Shown here: positions 1 through 10,882 of the stretch, piece after piece
Layout of the letters: every line of letters begins with the position of its first letter
How positions within the stretch are numbered: position 1 is the first letter of the stretch
NCBI GenBank assembly: GCA_963812135.1
Contig: CAWETU010000001.1
Location: forward strand, 1,248,001 to 1,312,000
Reading direction: 5' to 3'
DNA: 64,000 bases
Source of the DNA: Vulcanimicrobiota bacterium
GTDB taxonomy: Bacteria; Vulcanimicrobiota; Vulcanimicrobiia; Eremiobacterales; Eremiobacteraceae
Notes under the pieces: model-generated
Told to the model about the DNA's origin: nothing
Databases searched by the model: none
Seen by the model: the letters and a program-made list of their open reading frames with translations, nothing else
Translations under genes and position numbers: made by a program

Positions 1-10
1 CGGCCAGGCG

Positions 11-1120
11 ATGTCGGCGCAAGCGACCAACGACGCCAAGGTGCTCGCGCGGAAAGGTTTCGGGGAGCTGCAGCTGACCGAGCATCATCTCAATAATTTG
101 GAAAATGGCGGGCCGTCATTCCGCTTCACAGCCGGCGGTACAGCATATTGGGCGCCTAACGGGTCAGTCGCCGACGCCGGCGCGACGCCCAGTGCAACTC
201 CTGCGACGAGCGGCGCAACCGCCGCGCCAAGCCCGACGCCGACGAGCGGACCGCCCGGGCCGGGCCAGCCGCCAGGACCTGGCGGACCGCCGCCCAGCGG
301 TCAGACGCGAACCACCGAGACCGGGATGGCCACGTTGAACAAAGTCATCACCGGAACGATCAACCCCATCGCCGACGTGCTCAGCACGGCACCGGGCCTC
401 ACCGTCGGCAACACGGACGCGTTTCGAGAGATGCTCGATCCGTTGACCGAGGACGCGCCGCTCACGCCGAAATTCCAAGCGCTGCTCGTACACTACCCGT
501 CGATGATCTCGGACCTCGACGGATCGACAAAGGGATTGCTCGCGAGCATCGAGCTCGCGCGCGCGGCGATCGCGCAGGCCGACATCGCCGTCCAGGCGAC
601 GCAGGCCGCGCTCTACGTGCCGCCGGTCCCGCAAAACCCGAACGGTCTGGCGACCCCGGGGCCGCGCCCGCCGCCCAACCTGCGCAGCGCGATCGCCGCG
701 TGGAACACCGCCATGCAGACCGCGAAGAGAGCATCGAACGTGATGTACGCCGCACAGGCGGCGACGCTCTCGTCGGAGATCACATTGCTCGACCTGATGT
801 CCTCGCCAGGGCGCTACGCCGCCTACCGCGATGCGCTGGCCGTGCGCTTCCCCGGCGTCGCGATTCCGGACTACCAGGCCGCGCGAACGCTCGCCGTCGG
901 GTCAGGCGAGATCGCGTGCGCCGCGTGGATGTCGTTCGAAACCAAAAAGGATGTCGCGGCGATCTTGACCAGCGTCAAGGATAGCGGCAGATCCTGCGAA
1001 GCGCAAGCGCTTGATCAGGCGCTAATGGCGGAGTCGATGGAGATCGCCCTCGGGCTGGTCTACGAAGATTACATCGACGAACCGCAGCGGCACGCCGTGT
1101 CGGCAAAAGCGACGAACTAG
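11..1120 (+). CDS. Hypothetical protein with Pro/Gly/Thr-rich linker; probably continues upstream of the window
   Basis: 369-aa ORF, frame open to window start, PSPTPTSGPPGPGQPPGPGGPPP linker; no family recognised. Confidence 0.6.
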   Translation: MSAQATNDAKVLARKGFGELQLTEHHLNNLENGGPSFRFTAGGTAYWAPNGSVADAGATPSATPATSGATAAPSPTPTSGPPGPGQPPGPGGPPPSGQTRTTETGMATLNKVITGTINPIADVLSTAPGLTVGNTDAFREMLDPLTEDAPLTPKFQALLVHYPSMISDLDGSTKGLLASIELARAAIAQADIAVQATQAALYVPPVPQNPNGLATPGPRPPPNLRSAIAAWNTAMQTAKRASNVMYAAQAATLSSEITLLDLMSSPGRYAAYRDALAVRFPGVAIPDYQAARTLAVGSGEIACAAWMSFETKKDVAAILTSVKDSGRSCEAQALDQALMAESMEIALGLVYEDYIDEPQRHAVSAKATN

Positions 1121-1122
1121 GA

Positions 1123-1728
1123 CTAGCCCGTCCAGAAGCGGTGCGGGCCGGTGTCCAAGTGCACCCAACCGCCGCCGTAGTATCCGACGCCGCCCGAGCG
1201 TGGGCACGACCAGCACAGGTCAGCTAGATCTGACGTCGCCACCCCGGGCACGTCGAAATCGACCGCGCGCCCGTACATATGCAATGAATTGTACGCGGCG
1301 CCTTCGGTCACCGCGTTCGTCTCCGGCGTCCGGTAGCCGCTATGCACGACGATGGGCGCACGCACGCCTTGCGCGAACAGCGCTTGCTGGACGCCCCACA
1401 GCAGCTCGATCAACGTGATGGAGATGTAGACGTCGCCGCGCGCGGGCGCGACGTGCGCGTCGCGCAGCGTCTCGCATAGGTGGTAGTAGCCGGGGTTGTA
1501 GACCGAGCGGCCGTCGAGCGAGAACGTATCGGCCACCTGCTCGCCGGTATCCGCTCGCTCCAGCCAGAGGACGTACTCGCCGCTTCGCGATCTCGGCGGC
1601 CCTGCCGCAAGCACGCTTAACGGGAAGGCAAGCGCTCCAGCGGCGGCAGCCACCCCCGCCGTGGCGCGGACGATGAACCGCCCGCGCGACGTCGGTTTCT
1701 CACCGGAAAGAAAGCACTTCCCGCACAT
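1123..1728 (-). CDS. YcbK/DUF882-like peptidase M15 family protein with Tat-like signal
   Basis: Motifs HSGYRTPETN, NSLHMYGRAVDF, GGVGYY...WVHLDTGP; N-terminal SRGRF plus hydrophobic stretch; start trimmed to ATG at 1728. Confidence 0.85.
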   Translation of the reverse strand: MCGKCFLSGEKPTSRGRFIVRATAGVAAAAGALAFPLSVLAAGPPRSRSGEYVLWLERADTGEQVADTFSLDGRSVYNPGYYHLCETLRDAHVAPARGDVYISITLIELLWGVQQALFAQGVRAPIVVHSGYRTPETNAVTEGAAYNSLHMYGRAVDFDVPGVATSDLADLCWSCPRSGGVGYYGGGWVHLDTGPHRFWTG

Positions 1729-1780
1729 ACTCTCATCATCGGCACGAGAGAACCGATGGTCAAGAGGGAATGACCACAAT

Positions 1781-2809
1781 ATGAAGGCTCTCATCCTGGG
1801 CGGGGGCGGCGCCCGCGGTGCGTACGAGGCTGGGGTCGCCATGACCCTGGTCCGGGAAGAGCGTTTTGACATCATCTGCGGCGTGTCGATCGGCGCCATC
1901 AACGGCGCCTTCATCGCGCAAGATGACGCCGCCGAACTCGAGCGCATCTGGCGCTCGATGGCTTCGCTGCGCGTCATCCGGCTCGCGCCCGAGGTCGAAT
2001 CGCTCACCAAGATGGCGGCGGGTTTGCGCCGGCTCAGCCATGATCCGCTCGCGCAGCGCCCCGGCGCGCTCGTGGATCTCTGGCGTGAATACGCGGCATT
2101 GAGCGCCGGCCGCGAGCTGGCCCTCATTCAGGGAGCGCTGCTCACCCAACCGATCGCTGAAATACTCGAGCCGCGTCTTAAACTGGGCTGGCTCAAGCAC
2201 ACGCTGATCGTCAACGCGACCAATCTCAACCGTGGCAGGCCGGAGCCGTTCTATCATTTCGCCGGGCTCAACGCGGCGGAGTTCGAGCGGCTGTTCCAAA
2301 CCCGAGAGCCCCACGGGCACACGCTGACCGACGAGAACTATCTCTCCGCCATCTGCGCGTCATCGGCGATGCCGGGAGCCTTCCAACCAGTCTCAATCAA
2401 GGACGACGACGGCGTAACCGATCGATTCGTCGACGGCGGCATCACGGGCAATGCACCGATCCGCCAGGCGATCGATGCAGGCGCGAACGAGGTGACGGTC
2501 GTGCACATGGACCGCGCCGACTTGCGGCCCCGCGAGCAAGATCCCGCCTCGATCACGGACATCGCGATCGCGATCCAAGACATCCGCCATCAGCACATGC
2601 TCGAGCTGGACCTCAAACACGCGGCCAGCGTGAATAAAGCGGTGCTCGCAGGCACCGCGCCGGACAAACGCTTCGTGCGGATTCGCGTGATCACACCGCA
2701 GGCGCCGCTCGCGGTCTCGATTATGGCCTTCGATGATCAGGCGGCGATCGATGCCGCGCTCGAACACGGCCAGCGCGACGGCGAACGCTTCGCCGCCCGC
2801 GCGGGTTAG
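1781..2809 (+). CDS. Patatin-like phospholipase family protein
   Basis: GGGGARGAY oxyanion motif, GVSIG nucleophile elbow, DGG motif; ATG at 1781. Confidence 0.9.
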   Translation: MKALILGGGGARGAYEAGVAMTLVREERFDIICGVSIGAINGAFIAQDDAAELERIWRSMASLRVIRLAPEVESLTKMAAGLRRLSHDPLAQRPGALVDLWREYAALSAGRELALIQGALLTQPIAEILEPRLKLGWLKHTLIVNATNLNRGRPEPFYHFAGLNAAEFERLFQTREPHGHTLTDENYLSAICASSAMPGAFQPVSIKDDDGVTDRFVDGGITGNAPIRQAIDAGANEVTVVHMDRADLRPREQDPASITDIAIAIQDIRHQHMLELDLKHAASVNKAVLAGTAPDKRFVRIRVITPQAPLAVSIMAFDDQAAIDAALEHGQRDGERFAARAG

Positions 2810-3324
2810 AGCGGCGCGGCCGCCGGCGGCGGTTCGGGTTGGGCTGCTTGGAGCGCCTGCAGCTCTTCGGGCGTGATCTTCTGGAACGAGTAGTGATACC
2901 CGAAGTAGATCGCGATGCCGTAGAAGAGCAAGTCGATGATGCTGAACCCGTCGGTGAGAACGCGCCATGCGACGTCTGGCGTCAACCGCGCGAGGATAGA
3001 CATGACCGGGATATGCTGGTGGACGGAGACAGCGATGACCGTGGCTAGAATATTGCCGAGCACGCAGCCGGCGAGCGAAAGCACGGCGCCCATGTAACCG
3101 AAGATCCGGTCCATGCCATGCCCGAGCATGCGTACGCCGAAACCGACGAGGAACCCGACGCCGATCGCCATGAAGCCGATCTGAAAACTCGTGAGGGCGG
3201 TGATCGCTCCCCACAGCAACGCGCCAAGGAGCGCGCCGATGACGCCGCCCAGAAAACCCATTCCAAGATTCTGCGCAGCACGGCGCCGGGCCAGATAATC
3301 CGCGAGCTTGGCCTGGTCGATCAT
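2806..3324 (-). CDS. Hypothetical membrane protein
   Basis: Several hydrophobic Gly-rich helices; stop overlaps the convergent patatin stop. Confidence 0.75.
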   Translation of the reverse strand: MIDQAKLADYLARRRAAQNLGMGFLGGVIGALLGALLWGAITALTSFQIGFMAIGVGFLVGFGVRMLGHGMDRIFGYMGAVLSLAGCVLGNILATVIAVSVHQHIPVMSILARLTPDVAWRVLTDGFSIIDLLFYGIAIYFGYHYSFQKITPEELQALQAAQPEPPPAAAPL

Positions 3325-3381
3325 GTCGGTTCAGTGTAACATTTCGAGGAAACCATCGTCAATCGACAGTATGAGTAGGCA

Positions 3382-3999
3382 ATGGATCGCATCATCAACA
3401 TCTGGTCCGACGTCATTTGACCGTTTTGCTACCTCGGCTCAGTTTGGGCCGAAGAAGCGGCGCGAGAATTGCAAGCTCATCTACGTTGGCTTCCCTTCGA
3501 GATTCATCCGGGGACGCCGGCCGAAGGGGCACCGAAGCCATTTCCTCCAGAGGCGTGGCCGCAGGTTCGAGCGAGGCTCGAGCGCTTAGGTCGAGAGGTC
3601 GGACTTCCAATCGACCCGCCAAAACGCAACGTGAATTCGCGTTTCGCACTTGAAACAGCCGAGCTGGTGCGCGCCCAAAAGGACGACGACGCAGCCGGCG
3701 CGTTCTATCACGCCGTTGCGCGCGCATTCTTCACCGATCAGGCCGATATCTCGAAACGCGAGGTCGTCGTCCCGATCGCTGAACGTTTCGGCATCCCCGC
3801 TTCAGACGTGGAGGCCGCCTGGCGCGAGCGCCGGTTTTCTCCAGCCGTTGACGCGTTCATCGAAGAGGCGCACGCGGCCGGCGTTGCCGGCGTTCCAGCA
3901 ATGGGGTGGCCGCATCGACGCGCGATCGTCGGGATGATGCCGGCGGCCGATCTTGTGGCTCGACTTCGAAACGAGGCGCCCGGGGCAGGTCGGCACTAA
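3382..3999 (+). CDS. DsbA/FrnE-family thiol oxidoreductase, probable selenoprotein (UxxC)
   Basis: ATG 3382 reads MDRIINIWSDVI-TGA(3418-3420)-PFCYLG... in frame with ORF 3469..3999 (WLPFEIHP, GVAGVPA); the TGA occupies the first Cys of the family's SDxxCPFC motif. Confidence 0.85.
3421..3460 (+). promoter_or_regulatory. Candidate bacterial SECIS hairpin
   Basis: Directly 3' of the UGA: TCGGCTCA-GTT-TGGGCCGA stem-loop with a G-initiated loop about 22 nt from the UGA; flanks CCGTTTT/AAGAAGCGG can form a lower stem. Confidence 0.6.
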
Positions 4000-4026
4000 A
4001 AAAACGTTGTAAAAACCGAGGGTCCC

Positions 4027-4101
<75 letters not shown>

Positions 4102-4120
4102 TTTCGTAAGGAGGATCTCA

Positions 4121-4663
4121 GTGCGTAAGGCTATTGTCGTAGCTGCTTTTTCCATGTTCGCGGTCGCAGCGTATGCGACCACTGCTTTGTCGGCGCCGAA
4201 GCCGGCCCCGGCGCTTACCGGCCCGATCACCAAGCTCCAATATCTGATCGGCACGTGGAGCTGCGCCACCAAGGTCGCGGCGTCGCCCACGATGGCCGCC
4301 TCCACCCACCAGGGCACGATCATGTTCTCTGTGGAGCCGAGCAATACGGTCGGCTACTACCTTCGGTCCGACATGTATTCGTCAGGCGGCTATATCGGCT
4401 GGATGGATTCCAAGAAGATGTGGTGGAGTTCGAGCGCCGACAATTTCGGCGGCGTGACCAACGAGTCGGGACCTGACAACGCCGGCGCGGGTTCCACGAT
4501 GACTGGAACCACGATCTATCAGGGCCAGTCCATGAGCTCGCGCGACACCATCACCAAGATCAGCAACACGAAGTATCGCGACCTCTACGAGACCCAAAAG
4601 GGCGGCGCGTGGTCGATGGGCGCAGATTCGAGCTGCACCAAGACGTCTGACAAGAGCATGTGA
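4121..4663 (+). CDS. Secreted hypothetical protein (LQYLIGTWSC motif, beta-rich; paralog of 18388-18957)
   Basis: AGGAGG RBS before GTG, signal peptide, similarity by eye to the 18388-18957 product. Confidence 0.8.
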   Translation: MRKAIVVAAFSMFAVAAYATTALSAPKPAPALTGPITKLQYLIGTWSCATKVAASPTMAASTHQGTIMFSVEPSNTVGYYLRSDMYSSGGYIGWMDSKKMWWSSSADNFGGVTNESGPDNAGAGSTMTGTTIYQGQSMSSRDTITKISNTKYRDLYETQKGGAWSMGADSSCTKTSDKSM

Positions 4664-4676
4664 CGCGCTTGGCGCG

Positions 4677-7600
4677 CTAGATCTTGAACTCGACATCCAT
4701 GTACATGTTGAACGGTTGCGCCGAGATCGCCGCGCCGTACGGATAGCGCACGATCGGTTGGATCGGGTCGGTGGGATTGTGGATGTTGCCCGCCGGCGGG
4801 ACGTGCCCTTGTAGGAAATCATAGCCGCACGTGTAGCCGTTCGACGTAACCCACGGCTCCGCCGACCCGCCCGAGCATTTCGTGTAGATGTTGGTCATCG
4901 TCAAACGCAAGCTGGTCTTGCTCGACAGCTCGTATCCTAGCTGCGCGTGGATCGCGAACAGATTCGGTTCGCGGAAGGCGCCCGGCGTGTCGAAGTTGCC
5001 GGTGTACTGATCCGGGATCACCATCGTGCCCGTGCACGTCGTCGCATCATAGCCCGTGCCCGTGCCGCCGAACGGATAGCGGTTGTCGCTCGAGACCGGC
5101 GGCGCTCCCGCAAGCGTTCCGCATGTCGTCGGATCCACGCCGATCTGCTGTTGCGGCGCGCCATATTGGCTGCCCTGGATGAACTGGAAGAGCGGCGCGA
5201 TCGTGAAACGCTGGTGCTTGTAGCTGAGCGCCAACGCGAGGAAGCTCGGCACACCGTAGCTCGCGCTCGACAGCTGCGTGCCGGTCGGCACGACGAAGTA
5301 CGTCGGGTACGCGGCGTTCGGATCGAGCAGCGGACGGATCGGCGCGTTGAAGTACGGATTGGCGACGCCGCTGAGCTCGGTGGCGACCGCGTTCGATCCG
5401 CCGAAGACGCCGCAGGGCGCCGTCGGATTCTGTGAGGGCAAAGCGCCGGCGCACGCGGATGTGAACGAGTTGTATTGTTGGATCGACGCGTTCACCGGCG
5501 AGAGTAGCGTCGAGCCGTTCGGCAGCGGCGCATACGTGATGCTGCTATGCGTGTACGTGTACGAGAGCTGCAGCGACAAACCGTCGTGCGTGAAGTCGCC
5601 CTTTTGCAGCTGGAACTCGACGCCTGAGCTGGTCTGCTTGCCGGCGTTAACGCCGTCGAGCGTGCCCGTCGTCGGGTTGATGAAGAAGCGCTGGATCTGA
5701 TCGCGCGTCACACGATGAAAGGGCGTGACCTTCATGCTCGTGTCCGCATCGTTGAAGCGGTGCTCGTACGACAGGTCGTAGTTGTAGGAGACCTGCGGAC
5801 GGACGGCGTGCAGCGGCGTCGTGTCGCCGAGCGCGAAGAACAGCGGTCCGATGTACGCCGGTAGATTCTGCTGCAGCGTGTCGTTGTATTGGAACTGCGA
5901 GGGCGGCGGTTGCGCGTAGACGCCATACGAGAAGCGCAGCACGTCGAAGGTGTCGAGCGTGTACGTGCCGCCGATGCGCGGCTCGAGGATGTTGTAGTTC
6001 GTTGTCGTGCCGTTGGCCGTGCCGTTGGTCAGCGTAGCCTGCGCGAAGTTCGCCTGGTGCAGCCAAGCCCACGGTCGGGTCATACACCGTTGCGCAAGGT
6101 GTGCCGGGCGCCCAGGGCATGGAAGTTCCCGGATTGGTCAGCAGTGTCTCGTCGATTGGGTTGCCGCCATTGACGCCTTGATCGAAGCACATGACGTTGT
6201 TCCACGCGTTGAACCAGAACGCGCGAGCTGTGCCGCCGGCGGTCGACGGGTATGTCGTACTCGAACCGATCCCAGCGCAGGCCCATGTTGATGTGCAGCC
6301 GGGACGAGGGCACCCACTGGTCTTCGATCGACAGGGCGGCGAATTTGGGCGTGGCGGCGTTGACGGTGCCGGTCGGGCCGCTTTCAAGCGACAGCCACTC
6401 GCACGCCGATGCGCCGCCGCAACCGCCCGGCGGAGCAGGGAAGAACGGACCCGCGAACGTCAAGAACTTCTGATTGATGAAGCCGGAGTTCGGTCCCGGC
6501 AACGGCGTGATCGGCTCGCACGAAGTCGCCGTCGGTGCGCCGGGCGGTCCGGGCGGGAGGGGGAAACTGAGGTAGTAGCAAGTTCCGTTCGTCGGATTCG
6601 TCGCGCTCACAAGTGCGGCGAACGCCGTTTGCGGCGCAGGGAACCACGGCGGGCCCATCTGCGACGTGCTCGGCTGGTCGTTCTCCACGGAAACGTCGTG
6701 TCCGTACGTGTACGATCCCTGGATCTTGAGCAGGTGGTGCGTGCTCAGCTGGCCGTTGTAGTCGGCGGAGAATCCGCGCTCGTGGTTAGAGAACTCGCGA
6801 TCGGCCGGCAAGCTGACGTAGAGCTGCGACTGGCCATTCGGGCTGTAGGTGAACCAGTTCGCATACGACGTGAAGCCGTACACGCGAAGATACGCCGCGG
6901 GGCTGAAGAAGTGTGTGTACTGCACCTTGGTGACCGCGAGTGCGTTGGATTGCGAGTCTTCTTGATTCGCCGGGATCGGCGAACCGCCGCCATACTGGCC
7001 TGCGCTTGGGAAGAAGTACGGGGCTACGCCGGTGATCGGACCGCCTAGCATGCCCGCGACCGGTTGCAGCAACGATCCGGTGTACTGAAAACCGGGCACG
7101 AATAACGGATGCTGGTTCGAATGGAAGCCGGGCGTCATGCTGTAGCCGTTCCAGAACGGCGCGCCGCCCCAATCGTTGTACGACGAGTATTCGTACGTGT
7201 ACAGCTGCGACACGTAGTAAAGCAGCTGCACGTCGTCGTCGGCGTTCGCGCCGCCGCGTGGGATCCGGAAATGGAAGTTGCCGATGTTCTCGCGATCGTT
7301 GACGCGGGAATTCTTGCCGGTCGCATACGGGCCGATGACGTAGCCGCCCGGACCGGCCGGCAGCGCGCGGAAGAAGCCCGTGTTCGCGTAGCAGCCGGTG
7401 TAGTTCGATCCGTTGGGCAGGCCGCAACCCGGCGGTCCGTTGTTGACGGGGCCGAGCACGACGTTTTGGAGATCGAACGGCTGCCCGAAATCGGTCGAGA
7501 ACGACGCGCCATTGAACTGATCGACGAAGCGAAATGCCTGATCGTAACCGCCGACCGTCACGAAGTACGTGAACCTTCGATTCGGTTCCGAGCCGCCGGC

Positions 7601-8419
7601 TTCGAGATCGAACTTGTTGTACAGCGCGGGCGAACCGACCCCGAGCGTCAGATCCGTGAACCCGGGATACGTGCCGGTGCGCACGACTTGGTTCACGTAA
7701 CCCGAGAGCCCGTGCGACTCCGCGTCCGCAGGCGCCGCGCCGGTGTAGACCTGCAGCGACTGCTGACCCATGGTCGAGAGCGTCGTCAGCGGGGCATTAT
7801 CGTACGTGCGGTTGACGGGGATGCCGTCGAATTCATAGCCGACCTCATCGAACGCGCCGCCGCGGATGAAGATCGGTTGGTTCCAGCCCTGCTGCGCAGG
7901 CGCCACGAACGCCCCCGGCACCGCGGTGATCGCGGAATAATCGTTGTCGATGCCGCCGCCGCCGTTGAGGCCGACCAGCGTCTTCTGCACCGGCCGGGTG
8001 ACCGAATACACGTCGACCGTCGTGCCGGCGCTGACGAGTCCGCCTCGGCTCACGAGGACCGTGCCGAGCGTCTTGACGGTTTGCAGCACGAATTGAACCG
8101 TGCGCGTGTTGTCGGCCACGATATCGATACCGGTAAGCGTCACGGTCTGGAATCCGGTCTTAGACGCGGTGACCGCGTACGTATCGGGGATGAGCGCGAC
8201 GAACGTGAACCTGCCACGGGCGTCGGTCATGGTAGTCGCATCCTGCGACGGCGAGGTCGCGCTGATCTTGGCTTCCGCGACGGGTACGCCCACAGCCGTC
8301 TGCGTGAAGCCCGAGAGGGTGCCGGTCGTGCCCGCGCTCGCTGGTCCGGTCATGAAGGCGAACAGTCCGGCGCACCAGGCGCCACAAAGCGCGGCACGCC
8401 ACGTCATCGAGATTGGCAT
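4677..8419 (-). CDS. TonB-dependent receptor with N-terminal carboxypeptidase-regulatory-like domain; two apparent +1 frameshifts (~6250, ~6047)
   Basis: Signal peptide, GTLSG...YAVTASKTGF domain, plug motif IFIRGG...YEFDGIPVN, barrel strands GLRWDRFEY, EPRIGGTY, C-terminal YMDVEFKI; split across ORFs 6080..8419, 5647..6387, 4677..6083. Confidence 0.85.
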
Positions 8420-8461
8420 GTGTGGTCCTCCGACGGAAAGGGGGTGCGACCGTCCGGCAGC

Positions 8462-9640
8462 CTATCCCTCCCTGCCGGAAAAAACTTGCCACGCTCCCTG
8501 CGACTCCTCGAAAAATGCCGCTTGATGAGCCACGATGTCAGCTGCATTCGGAAACCGCGGATCGGTGCGCTTGCCGGTGAGCGTGTAGCCGTCAGACGCT
8601 CTTGCGATGATATTCAAGCGCTGCAACCCATCGAGCGCGGCTCGCGTCATGCGCTGCGGTGACGCTTTCAGCTCCGGTTCGACCCAGGCGAGCGACGGCA
8701 GCGCGCCGAGCCGATCGCTGACCGCCTCGAGGGCGTCCTCATACGTGAATGCGGTTCCGGGTTCTTGATGGGTTGTGATCAACCAGTCCGCCATCAATTG
8801 GCTCACCGTCACCGGGCGCGGCGCCTTCATCGAATTGACCAAATCGTTGCGGTCGATCGCCGGCAGCACCCGGAAGAGCATCGACAGCCGCCTGCCGACG
8901 AACACGTCGTAGCTGATCGCGATCGTGTAGACGTTTTCAGCGAGCGGCGCGAGCCGCCAGAGCGCGGTGCGCATCGGGCTCATGCGGCCGTTCTTCGTAA
9001 ACCGGCCCTCGGGCGTGAGCCAGAACGTCGCGCCGGCCTTCAGCCGGTCCTCGAGCAATTGCAGATCTTTTTCCATGTCCGCGTGCATGTGCTCGAAGAG
9101 CTCGCTGCGATAGGGCTCGAGAATCGATTTGATCGGCAATTCCGTGCGGCGTGCTTTCATAAAGGACTTCGCCTTGAATGCGTATGACAGGCGCTCGTCG
9201 CGCGCTTCTGGGCCGATGGCGTCAAGCGCGCTTTGCCGAAAGACCTGCGCGAGCGGCAGATCGCCATGGCGCGTGTAGACGGCCCGCGCGAAGCCAAGGA
9301 ACGGGCGCGTCCGGATCTCGTTCTCTATCGGCAGCATGCCGACCGCATAGAAGAGCGGCGCCGTTTCGACGTCGCGCATGATCGGCTCGAGCCAGGGGAC
9401 CGTCCACCCCATGGCGCCTCGCTCGAACAAACGCTTACCGCTCACCGCGTAGATCGTCTTATCCCACGGCCCTGCGCGCTCCATGTACGAGATCGTGATC
9501 TTATCGTCGAGGTCGTGTTGGTGGTTGGCGATGCACAGCGTCGGACCGCGCGGATTAGGCAGGCGGCCCCATCCCCGAATGCGGTACGCGCTCCAGAAGT
9601 ATGGCCAAATCGCAAAACATGCGACTGCTTGGAATGTCAA
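8462..9640 (-). CDS. Phospholipid/glycerol acyltransferase (PlsC-like) family protein
   Basis: IANHQHDLD (HxxxxD) and TPEGR motifs. Confidence 0.8.
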   Translation of the reverse strand: MTFQAVACFAIWPYFWSAYRIRGWGRLPNPRGPTLCIANHQHDLDDKITISYMERAGPWDKTIYAVSGKRLFERGAMGWTVPWLEPIMRDVETAPLFYAVGMLPIENEIRTRPFLGFARAVYTRHGDLPLAQVFRQSALDAIGPEARDERLSYAFKAKSFMKARRTELPIKSILEPYRSELFEHMHADMEKDLQLLEDRLKAGATFWLTPEGRFTKNGRMSPMRTALWRLAPLAENVYTIAISYDVFVGRRLSMLFRVLPAIDRNDLVNSMKAPRPVTVSQLMADWLITTHQEPGTAFTYEDALEAVSDRLGALPSLAWVEPELKASPQRMTRAALDGLQRLNIIARASDGYTLTGKRTDPRFPNAADIVAHQAAFFEESQGAWQVFSGREG

Positions 9641-9646
9641 TGCGCG

Positions 9647-10864
9647 TTACGGGGACGGTCGAGTAAACTCGACCGCTACATTGGTGGTGGGGGCGGGGCG
9701 CGGCTTGACGGCCAGCACCACCACCGACCCGAGAATGAACATCAGCCCGGCGAGCAGGAACAGCGTCTGGTAGCCGGCGAGCGGACTGAGATAGCGCGCG
9801 AGCAGCCACGCGCCGACGATCGGCGCGACCACGTTGGGCAGGCCTGAGGCAAGACCCCAGATGCCGAGGTCGCGCGCGACGTCGCGCATCTGCGGCACCG
9901 TGTCGATGGCGAGCGCCCAGCCGACCGCCAAGAACGCGCCATAGCCGAGCCCGAAGCACAGAGCGTAGGCGATCAGGTATTGCTGCTGCGGCGCGATGGC
10001 AAAACCAAGACCCGCGATCGCCATCGGGATGCCCGCGGCCGCGAGGACGTACTTGCGGGGGAACCGGTCCGAGAGCGTCCCCGTCCAAAACGCGGTGACC
10101 ATCGCGCCGGCGAGTGCGAGGATGCCGAAGAGCCCGGTGCTGACCGACGGGTTGTCGACCTTTTCGACGTCGCGGAAGAAATACAGCACGAACGTGCCGA
10201 GCAGCGTCAGCCCGGTGTTCGTCAAGAAGCGCGACGCGAACACGACGCCGAAATTGCGCCAGTCGCTGACGTGGACGTGTTCGGGCTCGACCCACTTGCC
10301 TTCGGGCGTGAGCGCGACCGTCACGCCGCCGAGACCGACGACGAGCGCGGTCCATAAGAACGTCGCTTCGGGCGTCGCGATGCTGGCGACCGCGAGGCCG
10401 CCGACCGCACCGACGATCGATGCGACGCCTTGATAGCCGGCCGAGGCGCCCCAATCTTCGCGCGGCACCACTTCCGGGATGAGCGCCTGGTAGGCAGCGG
10501 TGCTAAAGCTCTGCCCGAGCACGCCGACGAACAGCGCGAGAGCAAAAGTCCAGAGGGAACCCGTGTACGCGAGCCAGATCAACGCGGCGACGTTGAGCGC
10601 CGCGCCGAGCAAGATGAACGGGCGGCGGTGGCCGCCGCGTCTGCGCAGATAGTCAGAGATCGCGCCGATCGGAGGCGGCACGAAGATCGAGATGGCGGCC
10701 GCAACGCTCACGAGAACCGCGAGCTGTTGGGTGTGGCCGGCGGCGGTCTGGAACTTGAGGAGCGCGGCCGGAACCGCGATAGCCAAGAGCGCCGAACCTT
10801 GGAAGTTCAGCGGGATCCAGTACGCGTTGAGCAGCGATTGGTCGCGGACGCCGCGAGAGAGCAT
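9647..10864 (-). CDS. MFS transporter
   Basis: About 12 TM helices; GAISDYLRRRGGHRRPF and GTLSDRFPRK MFS loop motifs. Confidence 0.9.
   Translation of the reverse strand: MLSRGVRDQSLLNAYWIPLNFQGSALLAIAVPAALLKFQTAAGHTQQLAVLVSVAAAISIFVPPPIGAISDYLRRRGGHRRPFILLGAALNVAALIWLAYTGSLWTFALALFVGVLGQSFSTAAYQALIPEVVPREDWGASAGYQGVASIVGAVGGLAVASIATPEATFLWTALVVGLGGVTVALTPEGKWVEPEHVHVSDWRNFGVVFASRFLTNTGLTLLGTFVLYFFRDVEKVDNPSVSTGLFGILALAGAMVTAFWTGTLSDRFPRKYVLAAAGIPMAIAGLGFAIAPQQQYLIAYALCFGLGYGAFLAVGWALAIDTVPQMRDVARDLGIWGLASGLPNVVAPIVGAWLLARYLSPLAGYQTLFLLAGLMFILGSVVVLAVKPRPAPTTNVAVEFTRPSP
9654..9679 (-). repeat. GTAG-type REP palindrome, copy 1 (inside 3' end of MFS gene)
   Basis: Reverse strand GTAGCGGTCGAGTTTACTCGACCGTC. 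Confidence 0.75.
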
Positions 10865-10882
10865 GCGGTGCTGTTGGACGGC

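Noticed and set aside
6040..6260. Programmed frameshifting or phase variation in the TonB receptor
   Set aside because: No slippery heptamer or long homopolymer; single extra bases resemble sequencing indels seen elsewhere in the window
7109..8662. Long antisense or alternate-frame ORFs (e.g. 7109..8662, 22265..23995, 29477..31075, 5' part of 27513..29570)
   Set aside because: Arg/Ala-rich shadow ORFs overlapping well-supported genes, expected at high GC
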